In this document: positions 18,996-31,446 of the stretch, one piece after another | How positions within the stretch are numbered: the stretch's first letter is position 1 | Layout of the letters: every line of letters begins with the position of its first letter | From: a virus | Taxonomy: Duplodnaviria; Caudoviricetes | Length of the DNA stretch: 64,000 nucleotides | Reading direction: 5' to 3' (one strand) | IMG/VR virus record: IMGVR_UViG_3300032302_000065 | The notes under the pieces: generated by a model | The model's input: only the letters and a program-made list of their open reading frames with translations | What the model was told of the DNA's origin: nothing | Databases searched by the model: none | Translations under genes and position numbers: made by a program

Positions 18996-19005
18996 GTTTG
19001 CCATG

Positions 19006-19251
19006 CTAACTCTTTTCTATTCTCAATTCATCATAAAGGTAATCATGCAATTCATTGATACCACCAATATAAGTTAAGTTGTGGTATATGTGAGGAACAA
19101 AAGTAGTTCCTGGAATTAGCTTGTCCAATTGCTCTCTTGTATAGTCTTGTCCCAAGATAAAAAGTTTATATTTTCGTCTACAAACATTTAAAAGCAATTC
19201 CGCTTTTTCGGTAGACTTGCTTCCTATTGCACCATAAACATAGTACGTCAC
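19006..19251 (-). CDS. Glutaredoxin-like protein lacking CxxC
   Basis: TFVPHI...YIGG motif. Confidence 0.55.
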   Translation of the reverse strand: MTYYVYGAIGSKSTEKAELLLNVCRRKYKLFILGQDYTREQLDKLIPGTTFVPHIYHNLTYIGGINELHDYLYDELRIEKS

Positions 19252-20319
19252 GGCGCATTGTACACCTGCACAAATTCACTTGGTTCATAATGTAGTATTG
19301 CAGTTTTTAATGTACCCTTAAATTCATATGTAACTTGATAGCCTTTAATTACATCATAGTAATCTTGATGCGTCACAATATTACATACAGGTTTTGAATC
19401 TGTTTCAGTTTTTGCAATTATGGGAGAATTTACAGACGGACCGCTATAGTGCGTAGTTCCATAATATCTCTCACAATAATTTTTAGTTGCCATATATGCT
19501 ACCTTTTCTACTATAGGTTTTTTTGATATAACCTTTGCCATATAGATTCCGCTTTGATTAGAAGAATCTTCGACAAGAACAACGCCTGCTTTTGCAATTG
19601 ATGCAAAAAAAGAAATTGCTATAATACTATGTAGCTTTTTCATAATTACTGGATTACATATACACTTGTAACTGCTTTAATTCTTACTGTATCTCCGGGA
19701 TCATTTTCCATACGAACTGTTCGTATTTGTCCAAAATATTCAAACGTAACGTCATATCCATTAATGACTTGTTTGTATTCTCTGTCATTATATGGAACAC
19801 AACGTTGAATCATCTTTGATTGTCCAGCACCAACAACACCTCCGGCGACTGCTGGAGATGGAGATAAATCTTCAACTAATGTACATGATTGGCGGATAAC
19901 GCTATAAACTTTTGAGGTTGTGATAGGCTGAATTCGCACAACTCTAGCTAAGTCATATTTTACAAAATTATCACCGCTACCTGTGCTATAGCCACCAGTA
20001 ACTTCTGGAGAAGTATTACGCCCTGATCCATAAAAAGCCTCTGCACTTGAATTTGTCATTACGCAAATACCAAGTAGACTGGCAATTAAAATTTTCACTT
20101 TGAACTCCCAACAGTAGCATTCACTAACGCAGTTAACCAGAATACTGCAAATACAGTTTCCCATGTCACAGGAATATTTAATGCGGGAAACAAACTATTG
20201 ATAGCGCATAATGTCACATATGAACCAATCAAATAAAAAGATAGCCAAGCAAATAACGCACCTAGCAAAACGCTCATAGTCATTTTTTCTGGCGCAACAG
20301 TAAACGGTCCAAGTCTCAT
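19248..20319 (-). CDS. Two related exported proteins (19248-19643; 19646-~20100) and a membrane protein (20095-20319)
   Basis: Shared A.V....P...C...C...GY.VT(Y/F)E(F/Y).G pattern, signal peptides. Confidence 0.6.
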
Positions 20320-20372
20320 ATAAAAACTCCTTTATTGATGTTTATACAGTATAACACAACAGTCATGGCATG

Positions 20373-20690
20373 TCAAAATGTATTTAACGATGGCTCATAT
20401 TCGGCAATCAATTCACGTTCACGCTGGTGTGCGGGTTTACGTCCACGGATCACTTCAATAACTTCATATTGCCAGTTTGCGCCAGCCAACTCACGCAATG
20501 CATTACACATTGCCCAATTTTTGTTTTCGCACTTAGCACGGCTCACATGTTTTTGCCAACGAACTTTAACAGAACGCAAATAGGCTTGACCTTGTGCAAC
20601 AGTCAAGCCAACATATGTATCGCCAGTATCAACGCATGTAACTTTGTACAGTACATGGTTTCTGTCACAACGTTTTTTTCTCATTACCAT
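20373..20690 (-). CDS. GIY-YIG-like nuclease
   Basis: VLY...YVGLT...RW..H...E..LI. Confidence 0.7.
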   Translation of the reverse strand: MVMRKKRCDRNHVLYKVTCVDTGDTYVGLTVAQGQAYLRSVKVRWQKHVSRAKCENKNWAMCNALRELAGANWQYEVIEVIRGRKPAHQRERELIAEYEPSLNTF

Positions 20691-20696
20691 ACTTAC

Positions 20697-20789
20697 AGTA
20701 TAACAAATCCGGAGAATTTGTCAAGGAATATCCACATTGTTGCAAAAAAACAACAAAATCCCCCTATGAAGTGTTGTGTTTTTGACACA
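20697..20789 (-). promoter_or_regulatory. Early promoter plus two palindromes
   Basis: TTGACA-N16-TATACT; 20738-20755 and 20772-20789. Confidence 0.8.
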
Positions 20790-20808
20790 TTTTTAAGACT
20801 TGGATTAC

Positions 20809-20816
20809 CATAAATA
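20809..20816 (+). promoter_or_regulatory. T4-type late promoter for the plus-strand operon
   Basis: CATAAATA upstream of GGAGG SD. Confidence 0.6.
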
Positions 20817-20847
20817 ATGTTATCAAGTCCTAGGGAGGATAATAATC

Positions 20848-22737
20848 ATGGATATAGTAGAGATACTTTTAAAAGCATGGCCAGTATTTTTAGCATTTAT
20901 CACTTTAGTCATAGTTTTGGCTAAAATGGACGTGCGAATCGGAGTATTAGAAGAAAAAGTCAAATCATTATTTGATTTACATAACAAAGGAAAATAAAAT
21001 GGCAGAAAAAACAGCAGAACAAGCACATGAAAAAGGTGCGTTTATAGAGAAATTATTATTTGCATTATTACCTCTATTAGTTGGTTCAGTTGGATATTTA
21101 ATTCAAGCATTAGGTGTTATTCAACATGATGTAACCATTCTGAATCAAAAAGTGAGTTTAGTTGTTACTACAGATAACAAGCAGGCTAGCAATAGCGGTG
21201 CTGAATTGGCACGTGAAAAACTACGTCAAGATTTAGAAAAAGAAATTCAAAAGAATCGTGACGCTATTATGGAGAATAGAACACACATTGCTATTCTTGA
21301 AGACAGAGCAGGTGTAACGAAAAAAATTGGACCAATGAAAGAAAACTAAAATGGCAGAAGTAGTATTACAACAGAAACCATTGTCACGTAGCGAACGTGA
21401 GGCACATATTAAAGATAAAGCTGGATGGGTAATTACCGTCTTAGCCGCTTTACTTGCAATTAACACTTATATATCAAATGGTAACAGCAGTAAAGTTTTA
21501 AATAACACAATCCGAGCAAATGATACTTGGGCATTTTATCAAGCTAAGAGTATTAAACAAACTCTAGCAGAAATGCGTATGGATGATGCTATTGCACAAA
21601 AAGATTTTAAAAAGGCTGAAGCACTAAAGGCTAAAATTGATAAGTATGAATCTGATCCAACTACGGGTGAAGGTAAAAAAGAATTGTTTATTAAAGCAAA
21701 AGCACTTGAAGCTGAACGTGATGAAATTCGCAAATCAAGTCCTTGGTTAACATTTGCGGGTTCTGCATTTCAAATTGCAATTGTTTTATTAACGGCAAGC
21801 ATTTTAGCAGTCAGCATGTCATTGTATTTCGCTAGTATTGTTGTTGGAATTTTTGCCTCAGTACTAATGAGTCAGGGTCTGTGGCTTTGGCTTCCTATCG
21901 CTTTGTAAAGTACATATCAATTACATTATGTTTTGTTATTTTAACTGGAAGTGCTGAGATAAAAGAAAGTCCTAAAAAACAGGATGAAGTAAAAACCTGC
22001 ACCAAATGGAAATGGGCAGGTGATGTTTTTAATCGAACAGTCTGGTGTGTGGAATGGACCATAAAAAATTGTTCTCAGAGATTGCATAAAGAAATATGTA
22101 AAACTGGTGGTTAATAATCATGGACCCAATTACAATCGGACTTGCATTCTCAGCCGCACAGAGTGCAGTCAGTCATATCAAGCAGGCAATCGCATTAGGC
22201 AAAGACGTTAATAGTCTTGTCGGGCAATTCAGCAAATTCTTTGAATCGTCAGATGCTATTCATCGTGAAAAAACAAAACAAAGAGCAAAGGCGCAAAGCC
22301 TAGGTAAAACTGATGCTGAGTTAGGTAAAGAAGCACTTCAAATTGCTATGCATAGTGATGCATTACGTGAGCAAGAACGTGAACTTAAGGATATGATTAT
22401 CTGGGAATTGGGTAAACCTCAAATTTGGGAACAGATGATTAAAGAGCGCACACGTTTATTTAAAGAACGTGCAGAAGCAGAAGCGGTCGCTGAGAAAAAA
22501 AGATTAGAGGATAAAAAGAAAATGGCAGACATGTTTATGTTTGCAATGTATTTCATTGCAGGATCAATTATTTTATTTGCAATTGCCATGGGCGGAATTG
22601 GTTTATACGGAGCAATGGAAGAAAAAAGAATCTATGAAGAAAAAGTTGCTAAACGAAATTTACTTATACGACAGCAACAAAAAGAACGTGATACGAAAGA
22701 GCGTGAAGCAAGAGATAAAGCAATTGGAGGAGGCTAA
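20848..22737 (+). CDS. Membrane/coiled-coil proteins (20848-20997, 20999-21349, 21351-21908 DUF4337-like, 21881-22114, 22120-22737)
   Basis: TM segments plus coiled coils; W.FYQAKSIK motif in 21351-21908. Confidence 0.7.
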
Positions 22738-22850
22738 CTTATGTACTTTAATATAATTATTACATTTAACGATTTATTATTTTTATTCTGTATGACTCCG
22801 TTACTTGCTGTCTTTTGGGTTATGTTTAAAGATTGGTTAAAGGATAGAAA

Positions 22851-23615
22851 ATGAAAACATATCGTTCTATTTTTGTGAGTGATGTACATTTAGGTACCAA
22901 AGATAGTCAGGCTGATAAGTTAAATAACTTTTTAAAGCATAACAGTTGTGACACACTATATCTAGTGGGTGATATTATTGATGCATGGCGCATACAACAA
23001 AACAAATGGCGATGGAAACAAAGCCACACTAATGTGGTACGTAGAGTATTGGGTCACGCAAAACGTGGCACTAGAGTTGTTTATATAGCAGGGAATCACG
23101 ATGAGTTTCTTAGACCCATGATACCATATGGTTTTAGTTTTGGTCTTATCGAAATTCACAATCAAATAGAACATATAGGTGCAGATGGCAAACACTATTT
23201 AGTTACACATGGTGACTTGTTTGATGGCATTACTAGACTTGCACCATGGTTGAGTTTTTTAGGAGATAAAGCATATGATTTCATTCTTTCGCTCAATAGC
23301 AAGTTCAATTGGATACGTCATCGTTTTGGTTTTGGGTATTTTAGTCTTAGTCAATATCTCAAACATAGAGTAAAAAAGGCTGTAGATTTTATATTTCAAT
23401 TTGAAAAAAATCTAGCCGCTTACTGTATCAAACGAGGTTTTGATGGGGTAATATGCGGACACATACACCACGCAGAGATTAAAGAAATCAATGGTGTTAT
23501 GTATATGAATGATGGCGATTGGGTTGAAAGTTGTACAGCACTTGTAGAACATCATGACGGCCGCTGGGAAATTATAACTTGGACTAAGGAGAAAGACAAT
23601 GATGAAACTATGTGA
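22851..23615 (+). CDS. LpxH-like (UDP-2,3-diacylglucosamine hydrolase family) metallophosphoesterase
   Basis: SDVHLG, GDIID, GNHD, HGD, GHIH, N.GDW. Confidence 0.85.
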   Translation: MKTYRSIFVSDVHLGTKDSQADKLNNFLKHNSCDTLYLVGDIIDAWRIQQNKWRWKQSHTNVVRRVLGHAKRGTRVVYIAGNHDEFLRPMIPYGFSFGLIEIHNQIEHIGADGKHYLVTHGDLFDGITRLAPWLSFLGDKAYDFILSLNSKFNWIRHRFGFGYFSLSQYLKHRVKKAVDFIFQFEKNLAAYCIKRGFDGVICGHIHHAEIKEINGVMYMNDGDWVESCTALVEHHDGRWEIITWTKEKDNDETM

Positions 23616-24312
23616 TAAAATCACTATTGTTGTGCCTTGTAAAAATGAAGAAAATTATATTCATCATCTACTAGATTCACTACGCTCACAAAACATAGGC
23701 GACACTAGAGTAATCATTGCCGACTGTTCAACCGATGCCACTAGACAAGTTATTAAGAATAACAGTATTGGACTGAATGTCGAAATTATTGATGGTGGTC
23801 CAGTATCTATTGCTAAGAACAACGGAGCAAAACTAGTCACTACTCCGTACATTCTGTTTATCGATGCTGATGTTAGATTCTTTAAAGATACAGTTATTAG
23901 AGATGCTGTCAACAAGATGGAATTAAAGAAACTGCATCTTGTTGGACTAAACATTAAATGTTACGACAAAGACATACGAGCAAAGATTGGATTTACAGCA
24001 TTTAATGTAATCAATCACACACTAAAATTCTTTAGCCCATTTGCTGTAGGTGCATTCATGCTGACACGTAAAGATAAGTTTGAAGAGTATGGTGGGTTTC
24101 CCGAAAACTTATTAACATCTGAAGACTACTTTTTATCTAAGAAATATAGTCCTAGAAAATTTAAGATTATTCGACATCACTTTGGACAAGATAGCCGTAG
24201 ATTTAAAAAGATGGGCTACTTAGGTATGGGCAAATATCTTGTTAAAAATTTTGTCAATCGCAATAACAAAAAATATTGGGAAAGTTTATACCATAATAGA
24301 TACTGGAATTAA
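23599..24312 (+). CDS. GT2 family glycosyltransferase
   Basis: VVP.KNEE, STD.T, FIDAD, ED motifs. Confidence 0.85.
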   Translation: MMKLCDKITIVVPCKNEENYIHHLLDSLRSQNIGDTRVIIADCSTDATRQVIKNNSIGLNVEIIDGGPVSIAKNNGAKLVTTPYILFIDADVRFFKDTVIRDAVNKMELKKLHLVGLNIKCYDKDIRAKIGFTAFNVINHTLKFFSPFAVGAFMLTRKDKFEEYGGFPENLLTSEDYFLSKKYSPRKFKIIRHHFGQDSRRFKKMGYLGMGKYLVKNFVNRNNKKYWESLYHNRYWN

Positions 24313-24737
24313 ACTTTTGGTGCAGGATTTCTCTTCTTAGGCGCACTAGTTGTAGGCGCTTTAGTAGTTTGTTGTTGTTTTGGTTTAGCAGTTTTCTTTG
24401 CTGGCGCTTTGTGTTTAGCAATAGATTTTTCTACTGCATCAACTTTACCATCTTTATTCAAATCTCGTTCATCTGCTTCAGTTTTTACTGGAGTTGCAAC
24501 TGGAGTTTGTTTAGGCTGAGTTACAATTTCTGCGCTAATAACTTTACCCATAACTGGTGCAGTAGTCTCTACAATATTTTTTTCAATATGTTCAGATTTT
24601 ACATTAGGGTTTAGATATGGACATTTTGATGGGTCACCGCCATGAGATGTTTCTTCTTTAGCTTTTTTTACTGCAAAGTGATGTGCAATAAATGCCAAAA
24701 CTGCGGCAACGATAATTAGTCCAATAATAATTTCCAT
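24309..24737 (-). CDS. Membrane-anchored protein with basic tail
   Basis: N-terminal TM; DLNKDGKVD EF-hand-like loop. Confidence 0.6.
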   Translation of the reverse strand: MEIIIGLIIVAAVLAFIAHHFAVKKAKEETSHGGDPSKCPYLNPNVKSEHIEKNIVETTAPVMGKVISAEIVTQPKQTPVATPVKTEADERDLNKDGKVDAVEKSIAKHKAPAKKTAKPKQQQTTKAPTTSAPKKRNPAPKV

Positions 24738-24748
24738 GATTTCTTCCT

Positions 24749-25369
24749 TTAAGTTAAAATTTCAATCGCATGATTGTAATGATTAATTCTTTCATCTAAG
24801 CCAAGATAACCGCCATTGATGCGTTTTGTCATTGTTTTAATGTCTCCAATATCTGCTAGTTCATTTAGTCTAGCCGCAGACCAGAACCAACAAGCAGAAT
24901 GAATAGCATATTCCGATTCAACTAACAAATCAGGATTCTCAACTAATACATTGCTTTCGAACAATGATTGTGAGCATTTAGTGTAATTGTTTTTTCCTGT
25001 AATTTGCACAATACCTCTACCACGGAAGTACCAACCTTCTCCAGAGGCTTCATCTCCATTACCCATACGATTTGCATATACACGATTCGCAATCATTTCT
25101 GGTCTACGTTCGTATTGTTTTGCTACTGCTTCAGTAGGAAAATATTTCTTAAAAGTACCAACTAAACCTTTTGCAGAGTAATTTAAATTCTCTTGAAGGG
25201 TAGTAAACCCACCAGATTCGTGCCCACATTGAGCCATGAATGCGGCAACTCTAGCAGAAGTGTCTATATCGTATTCTGGCAATATATTTAATAAATTGTT
25301 ATACCACTCATCAAAGTTTTTAACTTTTGGTATCAATTGTTTTACTGCATTTTCCGTAAAAAATTCCAT
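24749..25369 (-). CDS. GH19 (chitinase-like) endolysin
   Basis: AQCGHES, ENLNYS, RGRG..QITG..NY, INGG..GL..R. Confidence 0.9.
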   Translation of the reverse strand: MEFFTENAVKQLIPKVKNFDEWYNNLLNILPEYDIDTSARVAAFMAQCGHESGGFTTLQENLNYSAKGLVGTFKKYFPTEAVAKQYERRPEMIANRVYANRMGNGDEASGEGWYFRGRGIVQITGKNNYTKCSQSLFESNVLVENPDLLVESEYAIHSACWFWSAARLNELADIGDIKTMTKRINGGYLGLDERINHYNHAIEILT

Positions 25370-25409
25370 TGCTATCTCCTATGATAATCATAGGAGTATT
25401 TAGCATAGT

Positions 25410-27603
25410 TTAATCCCAAAGTGCTTGGTAGTACTTACCGAACAAACGAAATCCGTTTTGAATTCGTGTCTCAACAACTTTCATGCCTTCATAGTCACAC
25501 TTGTATGTGTTATTGGGACCATCTGTCATTCGAAACAATTTAGCATCTTTCTTAGGAACTTCATTGCCATCTTTATCGACAGGTAGCCAAAGCAAGTCAT
25601 GTTCACCAGAACGAAACTCTTCTTCCCAAGAACCATCATTCTTGCAAGTGAATGCAAAAATCATTTCATCTAATACCCAGTCCCAACGCTTGAAATGATT
25701 TTCGTCAGTATCCCATTCATTTTCTTTTGCTGGCGCTGAAGTTGACTTTAGTTCTTCTGGCACATCTTCATCATCAACATTGGGGGCGCCATGCTTTGTT
25801 GCTTGCAATTGTTTCAGCATAGGTAAGACAATCATTGCAAGTGTGTGATCCATTGACCATGTATCGTACTTGTCAATCTTGATATATGATTTGCGACTAC
25901 GCTTAGACTCTATCCATTGACACAGTTTCAATAGCCAAGTTTCTGGCGGATTCTTTGAGTCTACAATTTCTTCTTTTGTGGTGCCGTGAGAAAGCCAAGT
26001 GCCAAAATTATGCACCCACCTAGGTTTGCTTTCCATATCATATTCGTCCTTTACTGGCTTTGCCCAAAAACAAAGTGCTTCAGCAATCTGATATGGTCCA
26101 ACCCAATTCTTATAGGGTCCGATATAAACTTTCATTTCAATTTCTTTCTAATGTGTGGACACGGATTCGGTCTAGTGCGAGTTAGTTCTCCTCCAGCAAA
26201 AGGATCGTCATCTATTAACACACCGAACTCTTTTTCTATATAGTACTTACCCATCGCTTTGATACATTGATCCATCAAACTGTTAGAACCAGAAGAATCG
26301 TCTTCTGCCCAAAAGCAAATTGGAGACCTACCCCATGTACGATATCTTAAAACATCGTGGAAAATTTTTCTATGTTTTTTATTACTAGGGTCAAACGTTT
26401 CGAACACTCTGCCGAACTGTTGAATCTTGCTCATTACTTTCACTTTCTATCATAATTAAAAGTCGCTTTGATTCTTTACGAACCTCATCTGTTACTGACC
26501 AACCAAAACCTTCTGGATGCAATAACTCTTTCAAGAAGTGTATAACTTCATTTTCAGTTTTCGCTTTCATTCGTCACCTTCACGAATAAACTGTTGACGG
26601 CAAAATCTTCAGGCATTCTCTCAACAATCTTTGTGAAGTGATATGAATCTGGATAGTGTCGTAGAACACTCAAAGCACGTTGACGAATGTACTTTGGTAC
26701 TTTGGGTGTTACTTTTGGGTTCAACAAATCTAAAAGCATTTGATGCCCACAACGCAACGCACGATATCTTTCATCAGGTAGCGTCATAATCATTCTCGCT
26801 AATATGTTCTGCCATTGTTGTGAAAAACGTTTTAACTTTTAATTCATCATTCCATACTCTTGCGTAGTCATTGTCTTTATCGCACAATGCAAGTGCTTCT
26901 TCTTTAGTCACGACACGATGTGACACGATAGTTTCGCCTAAGTGTTCTTGCGAAAACTCTTTGGCTTCTTCCATAGTGACAGTATCAAGTGCCCAATCAG
27001 CTTTGTCTTTACCATATCTATCTGTGCCGACAGGAACTTCTACCATGTAGCGTTCACGGAACATAGACACCGTTTCAACAAGAACCCATTGTGTTTCAAT
27101 TTTTTTCATAGTCCAACTTCCATCTTTGTTATCAATCCATTCAATACTGTCGCCAGTTTGCCAACCAGTTCCCTCTAGTATATCATCATTTAGGGGAAGA
27201 ATCAAGTCACCAGTTTCTGGGTCTTCTTCCAATGAAATTGTCCAAGTTTTGTTTTCCATATGCACTCCTTAAGCGAATACATTCATTATAAATGGGGTTT
27301 GACGGAAAGTCAAGCAATGAGCATTCTTACCAAACCAATGGTATCTATGGTTGTTAGCAGTAGATAGTTAGCCAACATGCCAAAAGATTTCCTAGTCCAA
27401 CTAGCCCAAGCATACAAAGCACAGCCAAGAATCCAGACAGGATAAAGAGCAAGAAGCGGAGGGGTGGGGACTGTGACTGCCATAGTAATACTACAACCAA
27501 TACTAATAGCCCAAGCAAACAACTCAACAGCAAAGCGAATTCGGTTAGACTTAAAGTCATCTTTAATCCATTCTATAGTAGGGCGAAACAAATCAATAAT
27601 CAT
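25410..27603 (-). CDS. Hypothetical proteins (25410-26135, 26132-26443, 26554-26793, 26774-27259 with AbrB-like N-terminus, 27310-27603 membrane)
   Basis: ORF track; promoter TTGACT-N17-TATAAT at 27285-27313. Confidence 0.7.
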
Positions 27604-27604
27604 A

Positions 27605-29145
27605 TCAATCCAAGTTAAATAATTCTGGATGTGTCTTTGAAAAATATAGCCTTAAAATATTCCAATGTTCAAACAATTCAATCGATTGTCGTTCAACAAC
27701 CATTCTTTTTATGCCATATAATGATTCTAAAACTTTACTAAAATCATTGATCTGATTTTTATAAACATCATATTCGTATGGACGACTATACACTTTATAT
27801 TCTTTCAATTGAAGGAATGTAGAAAACAATCTTTCAACAATAAACGGAAACATATTGAGATTTGGATCTCTGCTATAGTTTGCACTACCATGATAAATCT
27901 CAGCATCTTCTCCTGTCAATGCTTCAAGTTTTTGTTTAATGTCATTCACAAAAGACAAGTACTCCAACCAAAATTTTTTAGTTGCAACAAAGTAACTGCA
28001 ATAACATGTAGCGTCCGTCATAACTGAATTAAGAACAGAAGTATCATATCCACCAGCAACAAATGCAGAATGAACAATTTTTTTAATTCCAGGATGAAAA
28101 TAATCTCCCTGTTCCCAAACACTTACTGTTAGTGCATTTTGTACTCTAGCATGATTAAAAATATAAACATCAAAATTTGGATTTTCATCAATCGACTTTT
28201 TAATTTCTGATGCACCATATCGCATTTTGCTTTGCCAGCGAGGACCAAAGACACCCCAAGCATCCAAATCATCCACATGACCCTCATCAATAATACGATT
28301 GAACGAATGAAACTCACGTAATTCTGGACGCTCATTTGATGTGTTATCAAAAGGTGTTAGCAAAGGATCGACTAGGGGGATTTGTTTGTCCTCAAAACAA
28401 ATTTGAAAAATTTTGTAGTTCAATCTGACACTCCATTACCATTAGGAGCGATATTTCCTTGCACTCCAATTTTTGAAATTTTTTGAATTAAGTCTTCTCT
28501 TAAGTGCGAGAATAGTAAATGCTCAATGTCAATATATCCGCCATCAGTCAATCTTTTATTCATATCAGCAAACATGTTTCGATATACTTGTGTAATTTCT
28601 GGAAATAATTCAGAATCAAAACTCCAAAGTCTACTCATATACTGAAAGATAACATTGCCCGTTACTGCTGGCGTGAATTGACTAGTAAATGGTCCACGAA
28701 TTACAATTTTACCTTTTGCATTATAATGCGTATCATAATTAAAATCATCGTTTAAAACGTATCGACCACTCATTTTAAAAATACGTTTATAGTGTTTATA
28801 GTCTTCAGTCATATTCATTTGTTCAAACATGGTTCCGAATGTCATTATTTCAGCCATGTTTTTTACGATATCCTGACTGGGAATACTAAGAATGTGTTTT
28901 AAGTGTGGCGATTCACAAAAACTAATGAATGTGAAAATGTGTGGAGATAATTTTTCTTTTTCTTCATCAGATAAATCTTTATCTCCACCATCAATAATCA
29001 TAATGTCTGCTGGACACCTACTTTTAATTGATTTGCACGTTTCGATTGTTTGTTCTAGTCTTTGTTCAGGACTATAAACTCCATGTTTAGTATGTATTGC
29101 AGACGATACTAAAAATAAACTTTCATTCTTTTGGTTTTCTTGCAT
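27605..29145 (-). CDS. Two glycosyltransferase-like hypothetical proteins (27605-28423, 28420-29145)
   Basis: F..ERLF and FK.SGRY motifs. Confidence 0.5.
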
Positions 29146-29785
29146 TTGGTTTTTTCCTCACAGTTTTAGCGGCAGCTTTTTTCGCAACAGGTTTTCGTTT
29201 TGGCTTAGCTTCCCCATTCATCATTTCTTCTTTTTTATTCAATCGTTTGAATACCTCTTCTGGTTCCATCCAGATATCTTTGTTCTCTAGTATAGACTTA
29301 ATTTCATCGTCTGTCAAGAATCCAGCATATACGCTACGCATGAATCGGTCAGACCACTTACGTTCGTACATAATATTGTCGTACATCTCACCACCTTTGC
29401 CTATAGTACCACCTGAGTAATTGTGGAACATAAACATAGAATGTTCTGAGATTTCAAATCCATGCCCACATAAAAATATCATAGTAGCCGCAGACATACA
29501 TGCGCCTTCTACCGATGTGATAATTTTAGCTTCGCATTCTGCCATTACACGCATCAATTGTATAGCAGTAAATAAATTACCACCAGGTGAGTTGATATGT
29601 ATTTTAATGATATCAGTATCTGAAGCATTTCTGATAATTTCATACCATTCAACGTAATCTTCCGGAGAAGATATTTCACCAGTCAAGTATAGAGTATATA
29701 AATGACCTATGGGTTTAGGTTGTCTAGGTTTTTTAGAATCATCTAAGTTAAATATTGATCCCAATTTGTTTTCTTCTTCGTCCAT
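29123..29785 (-). CDS. ClpP-like serine protease
   Basis: INSPGG, SAATMI, FMFH motifs. Confidence 0.85.
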   Translation of the reverse strand: MDEEENKLGSIFNLDDSKKPRQPKPIGHLYTLYLTGEISSPEDYVEWYEIIRNASDTDIIKIHINSPGGNLFTAIQLMRVMAECEAKIITSVEGACMSAATMIFLCGHGFEISEHSMFMFHNYSGGTIGKGGEMYDNIMYERKWSDRFMRSVYAGFLTDDEIKSILENKDIWMEPEEVFKRLNKKEEMMNGEAKPKRKPVAKKAAAKTVRKKPNARKPKE

Positions 29786-29820
29786 AGTTACTCACTTTCT
29801 ACAGTAATATAGAGTATACT

Positions 29821-30405
29821 CTATTTTGTTTTAAATGTCAAACTTTCAACTCCATATTTGCACAACCAGTATGCATCAATCAAGTCAGAAGAAGGATTCC
29901 ATTGTTTCTCGGTCATATGTAGTTCTTCTTTTAAACGAATGTCATTAAATTCTTCAAAGACTTCCTGCATTCGTTCTTTATTTGCATTGCCTTTACCAGT
30001 AGCATATTTCTTAAGTACTGTTGGTGGCACTTCTGTACATTCTACAGCAAACAACCATAGTCTGTATTTTAAAATGCCAGCGTTCTCTGCAATGTTGAAT
30101 ACTCTGCCTTTTGATCCCATAGAATATCCTTCTAGGAATACGTGGCACTCTTTGTCTGTCTCTAACAATTTATCGATAAAGAAATTTGATATACCATCGT
30201 ATCGTAATACGTCAGTCACTCCTTCGTGGTCAAAAAATCTACCTGTTATGTTTTTAAATTGCACATCATATTTTCTAGATTGAGTTAGAAAATAAAAATT
30301 ACAATCAGAAAAATTAAAATGTCCAATCCTGTCATTGTTTTCTCCAGTATCAAATACACACATTGCAGGACATGTTAGGGAATAATCTATTCCTGCTACA
30401 ATCAT
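29821..30405 (-). CDS. RuvC-like nuclease
   Basis: GIDYS, LEGY, KK.ATGKGNA.K..M, D..DA. Confidence 0.8.
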   Translation of the reverse strand: MIVAGIDYSLTCPAMCVFDTGENNDRIGHFNFSDCNFYFLTQSRKYDVQFKNITGRFFDHEGVTDVLRYDGISNFFIDKLLETDKECHVFLEGYSMGSKGRVFNIAENAGILKYRLWLFAVECTEVPPTVLKKYATGKGNANKERMQEVFEEFNDIRLKEELHMTEKQWNPSSDLIDAYWLCKYGVESLTFKTK

Positions 30406-31446
30406 CTATCGTCTTCTTCCGTGTTCCATTCATCTTCTATTAGACTATCCCAATCTTCATCTGTCCAATCGTCTTCAACTTCTGTAATTGTTTCTTCCAA
30501 TATCTGTGATCCACAATAGGAACAATTTGTTGGAATTAAATCTGATACTCCTGCCGATGGTGTTACTGAATACTCAGTTTCACATGTGTCGCAAAATACG
30601 TTATATGTTGTCATTTTTTTCTCCTTATTCGTACATTACAGTACTGGTGCTTCCGAGTGCCCATTTTGCTTCAGTCTCTACTGACCAACGCTTTGTTGCT
30701 ACTTTGAAATCTGGAATCTTAAGTTCCTTTGGGTTACTACTAGGTTCTAAAATCAACATTCTATTGTTGGGCTGTGCCGCAAATTGCCCATTATCACATT
30801 TAATAAAATTATAAGATTTGTGATCCTCAATGTCTTCGCTGAATCCTGTATCTAATATATTAAAATCTGGGTGGGCAGAATCGACAGTAAACATATACTC
30901 GCCGTATCTCCAATCACCCGCCTTACTTTTAAATTTACATTTCTGAGATTGCAACTGTGCTTTTTTAATTACAGTAATGTCATATGACAAACAATCCCAC
31001 AATTGTAATTGGTCAAGGGGCATCTCATCTGTTATTTCTTTCCAGCAGAATGCATGTAATGGCAATTTGTCATATAGTGCGCCGTATTCATTTAAATATG
31101 CTTCTATGCGAAATGCTTGTCCCCTCAGACTCTTTATACTTATCCACCAGCAAGGAACTAATTCTCCATGACCCTTTTCAAAGTCATAGAGAAATTCTTT
31201 GCGTACAAAACATTTAACCGCCGGAAGATTTGCTACGATGTGTGCCATTTACCAATGCCTTATAACACCTGCTACAATAAACAGGTTTGCTATTATATAG
31301 CAAAGCACAATACATGTTCTGATAATTGCAACTTTGTCGGACTCGTTATCACATACACTAGCCTTATCGCCCAATGCTTTTGCCCATAGTCGCCACATGA
31401 ATTCCTCAATTGCACCAAGATTGTTTCGCATCTCCGTAGTATTCAC
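30402..31446 (-). CDS. Hypothetical proteins (30402-30614 Zn-ribbon, 30625-31248, 31249-31446)
   Basis: ORF track; CxxC...CxxC in the first. Confidence 0.65.
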
